DNA of 60,088 bases from an uncultured Candidatus Saccharibacteria bacterium. Lineage in GTDB: Bacteria > Patescibacteriota > Minisyncoccia > Minisyncoccales > PEYH01. How positions within the stretch are numbered: the first letter of the stretch is position 1; the number at the start of each line of letters is the position of its first letter. Both the position numbers and the translations under genes were made by a program. The DNA is taken from assembly GCA_964470785.1 (NCBI GenBank), contig CAYYED010000045.1:1-60088 (forward strand), read 5' to 3'. Positions 46,249 through 55,724 of the stretch are shown here, piece after piece. The notes under the pieces are model-generated. The model ran no database searches and was not told the DNA's origin. It worked only from the letters and a program-made list of their open reading frames with translations.

Positions 46249-46472
46249 ATTAAAGAAATTATCCGGACAGGATGTAATAAAAATTTTGAGTAATTTTGGA
46301 TTCGCGACAGTGTTCCAAAAAGAAAGCCATAATCTTGCCTAATAATATTAGCCAAACCTTAATTATTCCTGACCATAAAAAATTAGATGCAGAAACATTA
46401 AAAGCGATTTACCGTCAAGTATCGCGCTATGTTCCGGAAAACGAACTTTATTCTTATTTTCATACGCCCTAA
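46241..46472 (+). pseudogene. hicA: hicA-like toxin gene, frameshifted
   Basis: The GTG at 46241 overlaps the hicB stop and gives VPKLKKLSGQDVIKILSNFGFATVFQKESHNLA* (stop at 46340-46342). The rest of the family pattern is in another frame from 46329: IILPNNISQTLIIPDHKKLDAETLKAIYRQVSRYV...*. Confidence 0.6.
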
Positions 46473-46694
46473 AACCCTCCCTATAGAAATTTTCTACAAA
46501 AACTCCTCTCTACAAAAAACTGATTTCCACAAATTCATAAAATTTACTGCATTATAAAACCATGGTTGAACAATGCAATAAATTTTTTTTGAAAATTATT
46601 TTTGTGAATTTTTCTTTTTGTGAACTTTTTTACAAACTTCGGAAATTTACAACTTGCGGACTTCAAAAGTCCGCAAGATACGCCCCTCCCGTTC

Positions 46695-46723
46695 TTTACA
46701 AAAAAGAAAAAGTGTGTTATATT
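46695..46723 (+). promoter_or_regulatory. Sigma-70-like promoter of the 167-aa orphan gene
   Basis: TTTACA, 17 nt, TATATT, with TGT immediately upstream of the -10 (extended -10). About 40 nt upstream of the GTG start. Confidence 0.55.
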
Positions 46724-46761
46724 GTAAAATAGTACAATCCAAATAAGGGAGGTGAGTTTAT

Positions 46762-47265
46762 GTGAAACCAAAAGAAGGCAAGGCAGGAATTGTGGCATTT
46801 GCGTTCGGAGTACCGCGAACCCTAAAGTCCAATCAGATTATTGCAGAAATCGCTATTGATCGAGCGCATACACTTGAGGCACCGGTATTCACCCAACTTG
46901 ACGTTCCTATTCATAACGAAAATAAAGTGGTATACGCCAGCGAAGAGCCGGACAATCCGCCACCAACGTTGCGTATCGCCCGAGAAGCAGTGTGCTGGGC
47001 GCAGGAAAACCAATTCACCGAGCTGTGGATTGCCGCTGCCCAGCCTCATCTAATCCGTTGCAAACGGGACCTTCGGAAAGCAGCCGAAGAATCCGTCTGG
47101 CCGATTGACATCTTCACTTGCGCAAAAATCCTTGACTACGCAGACCACGACTGGTTCTGCCCAAAATCGGAACAGAGATACACCCGGTCGCGAAAGAATT
47201 GGCGGCTGCGGGAGTTCATTCTAATACATATCCCATTCTGGCTCTACAAAATCGTTGCAAAATAG
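46762..47265 (+). CDS. Hypothetical protein (167 aa), G+C-rich orphan
   Basis: GTG start preceded by AAGGGAGGTGA. I recognise no family. It has its own promoter-like and terminator-like signals. Confidence 0.6.
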   Translation: MKPKEGKAGIVAFAFGVPRTLKSNQIIAEIAIDRAHTLEAPVFTQLDVPIHNENKVVYASEEPDNPPPTLRIAREAVCWAQENQFTELWIAAAQPHLIRCKRDLRKAAEESVWPIDIFTCAKILDYADHDWFCPKSEQRYTRSRKNWRLREFILIHIPFWLYKIVAK

Positions 47266-47270
47266 ACAAC

Positions 47271-47318
47271 CACCCCCCCCATAAAAATCTCACCTGTGGG
47301 GGGGTTTTTCTTTTTTTT
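47271..47318 (+). terminator. Rho-independent terminator
   Basis: C-run (47271-47280) pairs with a G-run (47297-47304), followed by TTTTTCTTTTTTTT. Confidence 0.6.
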
Positions 47319-47330
47319 AATATGGACTAT

Positions 47331-47352
47331 AAATTTGACGGTCGTCAAATTT
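47331..47352. repeat. Family 'T' palindrome after the 167-aa orphan gene
   Basis: AAATTTGACG-GT-CGTCAAATTT, related to 27271-27298 in inverse orientation. Confidence 0.8.
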
Positions 47353-47389
47353 GTCATATCAATTTGGCGACTTTGGAAGTCCCCAAACA

Positions 47390-47468
47390 TTAAAGGAATT
47401 AAAGGAGATTAAAGGAAGTTAAAGGAAGTTAAAGGAGGTTAAAGGAGATTAAAGGAAGTTAAGGTAAG
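47390..47468. repeat. Eight tandem copies of a 10-bp unit TTAAAGGARR
   Basis: Read directly from the sequence. Unit starts at 47390, 47399, 47409, 47419, 47429, 47439, 47449 and 47459. Confidence 0.9.
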
Positions 47469-47576
47469 CGTGTGCAAGCCCAGGTCTTTGCATATTTGCA
47501 TATTCGGTTGTTTCCGGAGCTGTATTTTTTTAAAATTTTTGGAAAAAATTGGGAAATTGGTTTATAATAATTGAAT

Positions 47577-50330
47577 ATGGAAAACGAACAAAAAAATAAA
47601 GAGCAAATATTTTTTCATTCGATTCCTATAGAGAAAGTATTTAAAATTCTGGGAAGCGATTCTGACGGGCTAACGCGGGAGCAAGCGGCTCAAAAACGCG
47701 AAGAGGTCGGACTTAACGAACTGCCGGAAAAAAAAGCGCTTCATCCCGTTTTTTTGTTTCTAAAACAATTTCATTCTACTCTAATATATATCCTTATTGC
47801 GGCGGCTATTATTTGTTTTTTTGTTCCCGGACATAAGGTTGACACTTTTGTTATTTTGGCAGTTGTCCTTGTTAATGCCGGCATGGGATTTATTCAGGAA
47901 CATAAAGCAGAAAAAGCCATTGACGCGTTGCAGAAAATAGTTGTTCCTTATGCCAAGATTTTGCGGGAAAATGAACTTTTGGAAATTCCGGCTAAAGAAT
48001 TGGTGCCCGGCGACATTATTTTAATAGAAGAAGGCGACAAAATTCCGGCTGACGCCCGTTTAATTGAAATTAAGAACTTTCGCACAGTTGAGGCAAGTTT
48101 AACAGGAGAATCGTTGCCAAAGAGCAAGGACTTAAAAGAGCTTCCCAAAGAAACTCCTGTGGCAGACAAAAAAAACATGATTTGGATGGGAACATTCTCT
48201 GCCGGCGGTTCGGCAAAAGCAATAGTCACTGCTATTGGCAAAGAGACCGCTATCGGCCAAGTGGCGCAAAGCATTAAAGAGATTAAAAAGGTTAAGGGGC
48301 ACTTTGAAATAAAAAGTGATATTTTAGCCAAGCAAATGGGCATTATTGCCTGCGCCGTTGCCTTGACAACATTCTTGGTGGGTTATTTTATAAGGCAATT
48401 TGAATTTTTTGAGGTTTTTCTTTTTACTATTGCTTCTTTGGTTTCCAGTATTCCCGAGGGCCTGCCTGCCGTTTTAGTAGTGGTTTTGGCAATAAGCGCC
48501 AGAAGAATGGCAAAAAAAAATGCCATCATCAGAACCTTGCCGGCCACGGAAACAATCGGAGTGGTTACGGCTATTGCTACCGATAAGACCGGCACGCTCA
48601 CCCAGAACACAATGAATGTGGAAAAAATAGCGTTTTTAGAAGAAGAAATAACGGTAACCGGCGAGGGGTGGAAACCGGAAGGATCTTTCCTTCAAAACAA
48701 CGAAACGATTTTTCCTTTGGAAAACCCTCGGTTAGCAAAACTTCTCCATATTGCCGGGATCTGCAATAACGCCAATTTGGTAAAAGAAGAAGGAGAAAAA
48801 TATAAGATTGTTGGAGATCCGACCGAAGGAGCCATGGTGGTGCTCGCTCAAAAAGCAGGATTAAAAAAATCCGCGCTTTTAGGGCAAGAAATAAAAAAAG
48901 ACGATATTCCTTTTAGCCCTGCCTTGAAGTACCGGGCATCTTTAGCAATATTAACCGAAGACGAAAAACATAAAAAAGAAATCTATGTTACCGGCGCGCC
49001 GGAAGCAGTAATTGAAAGATGCAAATATGTTTTAGATAAATCCGGAGAAAAATCATTAGGTCCGGAAGAGAAAAAATACTTTTTAGACAAAATCAGGGAC
49101 TTGGCTAAAAAATCTATGCGCATTATCGGCATTGCTTATAAGCCGACCGGTGAAGAAATAAGCTCGTTAAACGATGATTTAATCAATGAGTTAATCCTGG
49201 TAGGTATCATCGCCATGATAGACCCTCCCCGGCCGGGAGTAAAAGAAGCGATTGCCAAGGCCAAGAGAGCGGGCATTCGGGTAATTATAAAAACCGGGGA
49301 CCACAAAGAAACTGCTTTGGCAATTGCTAAAGATATTGGCATGCTCCCTGTTGATGCTGAAAAAAAACAGGAAGAGCCCCTTGCCCTGACAGAAAACGAT
49401 TTGAAAAAACTCTCTGAACAAGAATTTGAAAAAGCAGTAGAAAAAATCTCTGTTTTCGCCCGCCTCACCCCCAACATGAAGCTACGATTGGTAGAAACGC
49501 TTCAAAAACAAGGCCATATTGTGGCTATGACCGGTGACGGGGTTAATGATGCGCCGGCCCTAAAAAAAGCAGATGTAGGCATTGCTATGGGAATTATTGG
49601 CACCGATGTCTCCCGAGAGGCGAGCTCAATTGTTTTAGCTGATGATAATTTTGCTTCTATTATTAATGCCATAGAAGAAGGAAGAACCGTGTTTACCAAT
49701 ACCCGCCAAGCAAGCTCCTTTTTAATAACTACTAATTTTGCCGAAGATGCTACTATTATCGTTTCTTTAATATTAGGACTTCCTCTCCCTCTTTTACCAA
49801 CCCAAATCCTTTGGCTTAATATGGTCACTGACACTCCTAATGCCACTGCCCTATCTTTTGAACCGCCAATAAAAGATATTCTTTCCTATCCTCCAAGAAG
49901 CAAAAAAGAAAACTTGCTTAATAAAGAAATTCTCCCTTTTATGATAATTATGACTGTGGTTATGGCAGCTCTTGTTATTGTTATTTTTAAAAATTATCTT
50001 CTTTTCGGAGAAGATAAAGCAAGAACAGCGGCTTTCGCCGTAATGGCTTTTACTCAATTATTTAATGTTCTTAATATGCGCGCTTTGCGCAAGTCGGTCT
50101 TCCAAATCGGATTTTTTAAAAATAAAATTTTGATTGGCGCTTTTTGCGCATCCGTTCTTCTTACCCTGATGGCACTTTATATTCCTCGGTTTCAAAACAT
50201 CTTCCGGTTTAATGAATTAAGGGTTTCCACTCTTTTAATCATTATTTTCTTTTCTTCGTTCGTTCTTTGGCTGGGGGAGTTGTATAAATACTTAAAATAT
50301 ACCCTGCCTCAACGCCAGAAAATCCAATAA
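47577..50330 (+). CDS. P-type cation-transporting ATPase (P2, Ca2+/PacL-like)
   Basis: DKTGTLT, TGDHKETA, MTGDGVNDAPALKKADVGIAMG and 10-TM topology. The ATG at 47577 is preferred over the TTG at 47571. Confidence 0.9.
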   Translation: MENEQKNKEQIFFHSIPIEKVFKILGSDSDGLTREQAAQKREEVGLNELPEKKALHPVFLFLKQFHSTLIYILIAAAIICFFVPGHKVDTFVILAVVLVNAGMGFIQEHKAEKAIDALQKIVVPYAKILRENELLEIPAKELVPGDIILIEEGDKIPADARLIEIKNFRTVEASLTGESLPKSKDLKELPKETPVADKKNMIWMGTFSAGGSAKAIVTAIGKETAIGQVAQSIKEIKKVKGHFEIKSDILAKQMGIIACAVALTTFLVGYFIRQFEFFEVFLFTIASLVSSIPEGLPAVLVVVLAISARRMAKKNAIIRTLPATETIGVVTAIATDKTGTLTQNTMNVEKIAFLEEEITVTGEGWKPEGSFLQNNETIFPLENPRLAKLLHIAGICNNANLVKEEGEKYKIVGDPTEGAMVVLAQKAGLKKSALLGQEIKKDDIPFSPALKYRASLAILTEDEKHKKEIYVTGAPEAVIERCKYVLDKSGEKSLGPEEKKYFLDKIRDLAKKSMRIIGIAYKPTGEEISSLNDDLINELILVGIIAMIDPPRPGVKEAIAKAKRAGIRVIIKTGDHKETALAIAKDIGMLPVDAEKKQEEPLALTENDLKKLSEQEFEKAVEKISVFARLTPNMKLRLVETLQKQGHIVAMTGDGVNDAPALKKADVGIAMGIIGTDVSREASSIVLADDNFASIINAIEEGRTVFTNTRQASSFLITTNFAEDATIIVSLILGLPLPLLPTQILWLNMVTDTPNATALSFEPPIKDILSYPPRSKKENLLNKEILPFMIIMTVVMAALVIVIFKNYLLFGEDKARTAAFAVMAFTQLFNVLNMRALRKSVFQIGFFKNKILIGAFCASVLLTLMALYIPRFQNIFRFNELRVSTLLIIIFFSSFVLWLGELYKYLKYTLPQRQKIQ

Positions 50331-50364
50331 AAACAAAACACTCCCTTTGAGTGTTTTGTTTTGC
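50331..50364 (+). terminator. Rho-independent terminator of the ATPase gene
   Basis: AAACAAAACACTC-CCTTT-GAGTGTTTTGTTT. Confidence 0.65.
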
Positions 50365-50391
50365 AGTTTATGCTGGTTTGCACGGAAAGAG

Positions 50392-50431
50392 GGAAGTCTA
50401 ACTTCCCCCAGCTGGGGGAAGTTAGACTTCC
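50392..50431. repeat. Perfect 40-bp palindrome overlapping the parA-like stop codon
   Basis: GGAAGTCTAACTTCCCCC-AGCT-GGGGGAAGTTAGACTTCC. It lies between convergent genes. Confidence 0.9.
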
Positions 50432-51177
50432 TCCGCTTCTCCGAGTATCTCTTCAGCCAATTGACGGAAAACCCGGGCGGGGCGGGAATTGGGAAATGAC
50501 TTTAAGACCGGATCTTTTCTTTGCTCTTCTTCGGCTAAGATAGAGGCCTTAGGAATAACTGTGCTTAATACTTGTTCTCCAAACTCTTTTCTGGCAATCT
50601 TAGAAACGCTGCGGGAAAGCCGGCTGCGCCAGACATACATTGTCAAAAGGAACTTTGGCTCCTGTAATGATAATTCTTTTATAAGGGAGACGCGCGAAAC
50701 AAGCTCTTGGGCCGATCTAAAAGCCAGGTACTCGCATTGCACGGGGATAATCAAATATTCAGAGGCAAACAAAGCATTAAGCATTAATATATCAAACACA
50801 GGCGCTGTATCTATGATAATAAAATCATAATCATCTTTTACTTCCTGCAATGCCTGTTTTAGCCGTATTTCTGCGTTTCTTGTTCCTTGTAATTTTAGAA
50901 TAATACTTTCTAGTCGAGGAAAGGAGGGCATAACATCATATCCAAAATAGGAAGTGCTTTTAATGGCTGCCTTGGGCTTAATCTTTTTTTCTAAAACATC
51001 CCCGATAAAATTGGGGCTGCTTTTTATCCCCAGACAAAAAGTACTATCTCCTCTGGGGCTTAAATCTATTAATAGCACTCTCTTGCCAAGAGCCGAAAGA
51101 AACATTCCCAGATTTATTGCTATGCTCGTTTTTCCAACCCCTCCCTTAAGATTAGCAAGAGTAATAATTTTTGCCAT
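50422..51177 (-). CDS. ParA/Soj-family ATPase (no parB in the window)
   Basis: Deviant Walker A LKGGVGKTS; IIIDTAP. Confidence 0.88.
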   Translation of the reverse strand: MAKIITLANLKGGVGKTSIAINLGMFLSALGKRVLLIDLSPRGDSTFCLGIKSSPNFIGDVLEKKIKPKAAIKSTSYFGYDVMPSFPRLESIILKLQGTRNAEIRLKQALQEVKDDYDFIIIDTAPVFDILMLNALFASEYLIIPVQCEYLAFRSAQELVSRVSLIKELSLQEPKFLLTMYVWRSRLSRSVSKIARKEFGEQVLSTVIPKASILAEEEQRKDPVLKSFPNSRPARVFRQLAEEILGEAEEV

Positions 51178-52241
51178 TATTTTTTAACAAAAATTGTTTG
51201 TGTGGGGTAGGCCATCTTGACTCCCTCTTCTTCCAACTGCTCTTTGAGTTGTAAATTAATTTCCTGCTGGGTGTCCATATATACGGTATAATCGCTGGAA
51301 TTAAGATAATAAACCACTTCAAAGACCAAGCTGAATTCACCGAATTCCTTAAAATGAACCCGGTCTAATTCGGTTATCTCAATCTCTCCTATAATCTCTT
51401 TTACTATTTCCACAATCCTTTTTAATTTTTCTGTCGGGGTTTCATATTCCACTCCAAAACCAAAAACAATCCTTCTTCTCTGCATCTTTTTATAATTATG
51501 AACCCGCGACTCGGTCAGTTCTTTATTACAGACAACCAATTCTTCTCCTTGAAGCGTTTGAATTCTGGTTGACTTAACGCCAATTCTTTTCACAATGCCC
51601 ATATCTTCGCCAACAATGATAAAATCCCCAATTTGAAAGGGCTTGTCTAAATAAATAGAAAAGGAAGCAAAAATGTCTGACAAAACATTTTGCAGGGCAA
51701 AAGCGATAGCCACGCCGCTGACGCCCAAGCCGGCAACCAGGGCAGAGACATTATAACCCAGGTTCTGTAAAATGATTATTATTGCCAAACCCCAGAACAC
51801 CCCTTTTACTGCCTTGATTAAAAGGCGCAAGGCCGCGGCATCGGTCTCCTTTTCTCCTTCGGTCTTTTTGGCAATAACTTTTTTGCCCATATAGTCAATC
51901 ATTCCTTCGGCTGACTTTACTGCATAATAAACAACAAAAACAAAGAAAAGGTAAGAGATTATTTTGCCGACGGTATCGGGCAAGGAAAGGAAAAAGTGCG
52001 CCAAATAAAAAGAGGCGTATACATAAAAAAACCAACCAATATTTTCAATTATCCCTATCGCCAAATCGTCTATATCGGTTCTGCTTTTTTGGGCAAGAGC
52101 TTTCAAGCGATGAATAACCGCCATTTTAAAAAATCTTAAAACGATTAGGGCAATAAAGAAAATGGCGATGGCAATAAGGTACTGAAAAAGCGTATTGTCT
52201 AAAAACTGATAATCCAATGTTTCAGAAAATTCAGAAAACAT
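51177..52241 (-). CDS. mscS: Small-conductance mechanosensitive channel (MscS family)
   Basis: TM3 and beta-domain pattern GVAIAFALQNVLSDIFASFSIYLDKPFQIGDFI. Confidence 0.88.
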   Translation of the reverse strand: MFSEFSETLDYQFLDNTLFQYLIAIAIFFIALIVLRFFKMAVIHRLKALAQKSRTDIDDLAIGIIENIGWFFYVYASFYLAHFFLSLPDTVGKIISYLFFVFVVYYAVKSAEGMIDYMGKKVIAKKTEGEKETDAAALRLLIKAVKGVFWGLAIIIILQNLGYNVSALVAGLGVSGVAIAFALQNVLSDIFASFSIYLDKPFQIGDFIIVGEDMGIVKRIGVKSTRIQTLQGEELVVCNKELTESRVHNYKKMQRRRIVFGFGVEYETPTEKLKRIVEIVKEIIGEIEITELDRVHFKEFGEFSLVFEVVYYLNSSDYTVYMDTQQEINLQLKEQLEEEGVKMAYPTQTIFVKK

Positions 52242-52289
52242 AGTATAATATGATAAATTAATTATTTAACATTAATTTATTTTAACACA

Positions 52290-52556
52290 ATGGACAAAGA
52301 AAACAAAAGCAAAAAAACACTCAAAGAGATAGAAGAGACCAAAAGGGCTTTTCAGGAAAGAACCATTACCCTGATTTTAGGAGGATTCGGCTTAGTAGCG
52401 GCTCTTGCCTGGAACGAGGCAATTAGAAGCTTATTTGAAACAGTTTTTAAAACAAGGGGAACAATCATCAGCAAGTTTATTTATGCCATTATAGTCACTC
52501 TTATGCTCGTGATAATTTCCCTTCAACTGCAAAAGATTAACAGGAAAAGCCGTTAA
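52290..52556 (+). CDS. Small two-TM membrane protein
   Basis: 88-aa ORF. ITLILGGFGLVAALAWNEAIRSLF plus a second TM segment. Confidence 0.55.
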   Translation: MDKENKSKKTLKEIEETKRAFQERTITLILGGFGLVAALAWNEAIRSLFETVFKTRGTIISKFIYAIIVTLMLVIISLQLQKINRKSR

Positions 52557-52563
52557 AAACCGC

Positions 52564-53499
52564 TTAGCAGCGAAATTTAATGTCTTTTTTATGGCGGGCT
52601 TTGGCAGAATAAAGTTGAACTAATTCTTTAGCCCGTTTTTTTGTTTGAATAGAAGTTTTACTGCCGTATTTTTTTATCAAAGCGGTCGGTCCGGCATAAT
52701 TTTCCATTTCTATTAAAATATCGTTCCTTTGTTTAAGTTGTTTCAGTTTTTCGTTTTCTTGCTCGTTCCGGCCAATAATAATTTTATCTTTTCCTTGCCA
52801 AAAATGGCGGCCGAGTTTTAGAAGCTCAATGTCGTTTTTATTCGCTCTAGGATTTTTGGCTAATAAATCCTTTAATCTCTTTGAAAATTCAGGATCAGTT
52901 AAAAGACACCCACCGGCTGGAGTTGGATACTCCTTGATTTTCCATTGCTTGGCTAAAGAAAGCTGTTTTTTTCGAGAACGACCTCTGATATCTAATAACT
53001 TCTCTCTATCAACCACGCCATTTTTCTCAACTTCCGTTGGCTTTAACAATTTTGCTGAAAGGGGCCGTAAAAGATAGCCAAATAGGCCTGATTCCTTCTC
53101 AATCAGTTCTAAGGCCTTTCTGTTTTGAGACATCGGCCTTTCTCCAAGAACCTCGCCCGTAGCCAGAAAATCAAATTTTTCTTTCTCTATAATCTTTTTG
53201 GCCGTTTTTAGCATCAGGAGATGACAATCAATACAAGGATTCATATTCTTTCCATAGCCATATTTAGGTCTTTTTACTATTTTCAAATGTTCTTTAGAAA
53301 AATCAACCGTTTTTAACTTAATACCGAGTTTTTTTGCCGCTTCTTTCGCTTGGACAGAGTCAAAAAAAGAGCTTACAAATGTCAGCCCTTGTACTTCAAC
53401 GCCCTGTTCTTGCAATGTCCTTGCCGCTAAAATAGAATCCAGTCCTCCAGAAAACAAAATTAATGATTTCGGTTTACTGTTTTCCGCCATAAAAATCAT
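52564..53499 (-). CDS. PP-loop ATP pyrophosphatase, MnmA/ThiI-like tRNA thiolation family
   Basis: SGGLDS PP-loop, NPCIDCH and ATGEVLG. Start overlaps the upstream stop (ATGA). Confidence 0.55.
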   Translation of the reverse strand: MIFMAENSKPKSLILFSGGLDSILAARTLQEQGVEVQGLTFVSSFFDSVQAKEAAKKLGIKLKTVDFSKEHLKIVKRPKYGYGKNMNPCIDCHLLMLKTAKKIIEKEKFDFLATGEVLGERPMSQNRKALELIEKESGLFGYLLRPLSAKLLKPTEVEKNGVVDREKLLDIRGRSRKKQLSLAKQWKIKEYPTPAGGCLLTDPEFSKRLKDLLAKNPRANKNDIELLKLGRHFWQGKDKIIIGRNEQENEKLKQLKQRNDILIEMENYAGPTALIKKYGSKTSIQTKKRAKELVQLYSAKARHKKDIKFRC

Positions 53500-54689
53500 C
53501 TAATATCTTTTTTGACGACTTCGCCGGGAAATGTAGTTTTATAGAGCCAAATTTTTCTGCCCGGATAAACTAAGGTGCCAATACCGGTTTTTACCCCTTC
53601 ACCAAAAACGGTCCCAAATTTTATTCTTTCGGTATCCATTAGTTTTCCATTTACTTTGCTTTTAACAGACGCTCCGTCGTGCCGCCAATTGGCAGTAATT
53701 GTTCCGGCGCCCAAGTTGCATCTATCGGCAATCACAGAATCGCCGATATAGGAAAAATGAGCCACAGAAACATTGTTCCCAAGAACCGAGTTTTTTATTT
53801 CTGCTCCTTGGCCAATACGGCAATCATCTCCAATTGTAGTAAATTTTCTGATAAAACAATTGGGCCCAATAATGCAGTTTTTACCGATTTTTACCGGCCC
53901 CTCTATATAGACGCCGTTTTTTATCAAAGTTCCTTTTCCAATGATTACTTTTCCCAAAAGAGTACAATATTCTTCTACCTTTCCTTGATTATTGCTTTTT
54001 TCCTCAAGTAAAAAGTTTTCATTTGCTTCTAATATGTTCCAGGGAAAAGACACGGGCAGCCAATTGTCCGCTTCCGCGCAAAAAAGATTTTCTTTTTTAA
54101 TAAAATTCTTAATATAATCGGTAAATTCATATTCTCCTCGGGAAGATTTTTTAATAGAAAAATTAAAAATAGAAACAGGTAAATAATAAAGCCCCGTGTT
54201 GGCTAATTTTGATTCCGGATTTTTGGGCTTTTCGTGAAAATTTTTTACGCAATCGCCTTTTAAAGAAATAATTCCGAAAAATTCCGGATTGGGAACATTT
54301 TTGGCTAAAATACAAGGAAATTTATTTAAGACCTTTTTAATATCTTTGGCTGAATATAAATCATCTCCGTTCAATAGGAGAAATTTTTCTTTTATAAGCG
54401 GCCGGGCGGTTTTAATAGCGTCTCCTGTTCCTAAAGGATTTTTTTGAACAATATACTTAATTTTAAGATTTTTATATTTTTGTCCGAATCTTTTAATCAT
54501 CTCCTTCCCCCGATTTCCCGGCCTTATGACCAAAATCACCTTGTCCGCTAAACCGTCAAGCTGGTTTAAGTTGTGTTCTAATATACTTTTCCCCAATATT
54601 TCCAAAAGCGGCTTGTCTTGAGAACAAGACAATGGCTCCATTCTTGTGCCTTTGCCGGCGGCCAAAATAATCGCTTGTGGTTTTTTCAT
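53496..54689 (-). CDS. Sugar-1-phosphate nucleotidyltransferase with C-terminal left-handed beta-helix (GlmU-like, archaeal type)
   Basis: ILAAGKGTRM and hexapeptide repeats in the C-terminal half. Confidence 0.75.
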   Translation of the reverse strand: MKKPQAIILAAGKGTRMEPLSCSQDKPLLEILGKSILEHNLNQLDGLADKVILVIRPGNRGKEMIKRFGQKYKNLKIKYIVQKNPLGTGDAIKTARPLIKEKFLLLNGDDLYSAKDIKKVLNKFPCILAKNVPNPEFFGIISLKGDCVKNFHEKPKNPESKLANTGLYYLPVSIFNFSIKKSSRGEYEFTDYIKNFIKKENLFCAEADNWLPVSFPWNILEANENFLLEEKSNNQGKVEEYCTLLGKVIIGKGTLIKNGVYIEGPVKIGKNCIIGPNCFIRKFTTIGDDCRIGQGAEIKNSVLGNNVSVAHFSYIGDSVIADRCNLGAGTITANWRHDGASVKSKVNGKLMDTERIKFGTVFGEGVKTGIGTLVYPGRKIWLYKTTFPGEVVKKDIR

Positions 54690-55636
54690 GATATAAGGGT
54701 TAATAATAAGCGAGAAAGCTTTTGAGGGTCATGCGCAATTTCTTCCGAATTATTATCAAGCAAGTCCGCTCCAATAAATTTATTTTTTGGCAAATTGTCG
54801 TCAATGCGCGTCATCTTTAACAGTTCAGGATGGTTTTTCTTAAATTCTCCTAATTTTTCTAAACTCGGCTCTGCTGTATTATAAATTACATAATCTATCC
54901 CGCTATCTAAAAATTTTTCTATTTCCCTGACAAAATCTAAAACGCAAAATCCGTCTGTTTCTCCTTTTTTAGCCATTAAATTGACAATATAAGCGATCTT
55001 AGCGTGACTTTCCTTGATTGCCTCTTTGACCCCGCTGCATAATAATAATTGGGCAAGGGTGGAATATAAATCACCCGGACCAACAACGATTAAATCGGCC
55101 TGTTTCATCGCTTCCAGCGCCTTGGGATAGGCCCGGACCGGGGGCTCTAAATAAACTTCTGTTATTTTCAACCCTTCCTGATGCTTTGGCTTGTCAATAT
55201 TCGCCTCTCCAATGATTTTTTCTCCGTTTTCTAAAATCGCGCAAACTTCTGATTTCTCCAAGGTAATGGGCAAGACCTTGTGCTTTATATTTAAAATCCT
55301 ATTGAGCACTTCTATTGTCTCTTCATAATTTTTTGTGGAAAGCTCCAGGGCGGCAATCAAAAGATTAGCCATATTATGCCCCTTAAGTTCTCCTACTTCA
55401 AAGCGGTAATTAAAAAGATTTTCTATAACCGGAGAAGTGTTTGCTAAAGCAAGAAACGCCCTTCTAATGTCACCGGGCGCCAGTATCTTGTAATCCTCTC
55501 TTAACCGGCCCGTAGAACCGCCCGTATCAAGCATAGCACAAATTGCAGAAAGCTGAACTTTAGAATTTTTCAGTCCTGCTAAGACAGCTTTCGGCATGGC
55601 ATTCCCCCCTCCCATTGCCACAATTTTTTTAGGCAT
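54686..55636 (-). CDS. YvcK/CofD-family protein (gluconeogenesis-factor/UPF0052)
   Basis: MGGGNAM...DTGGSTGRLRE...APGDIRRA. Confidence 0.8.
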   Translation of the reverse strand: MPKKIVAMGGGNAMPKAVLAGLKNSKVQLSAICAMLDTGGSTGRLREDYKILAPGDIRRAFLALANTSPVIENLFNYRFEVGELKGHNMANLLIAALELSTKNYEETIEVLNRILNIKHKVLPITLEKSEVCAILENGEKIIGEANIDKPKHQEGLKITEVYLEPPVRAYPKALEAMKQADLIVVGPGDLYSTLAQLLLCSGVKEAIKESHAKIAYIVNLMAKKGETDGFCVLDFVREIEKFLDSGIDYVIYNTAEPSLEKLGEFKKNHPELLKMTRIDDNLPKNKFIGADLLDNNSEEIAHDPQKLSRLLLTLIS

Positions 55637-55724
55637 ATAGTAATTAAAGGTTATTGGCCAAATAAAATCGGTGCACCCTCTTTTAACCTCTGATTGATTT
55701 TAAACGATAATTTTTTAATCAACC

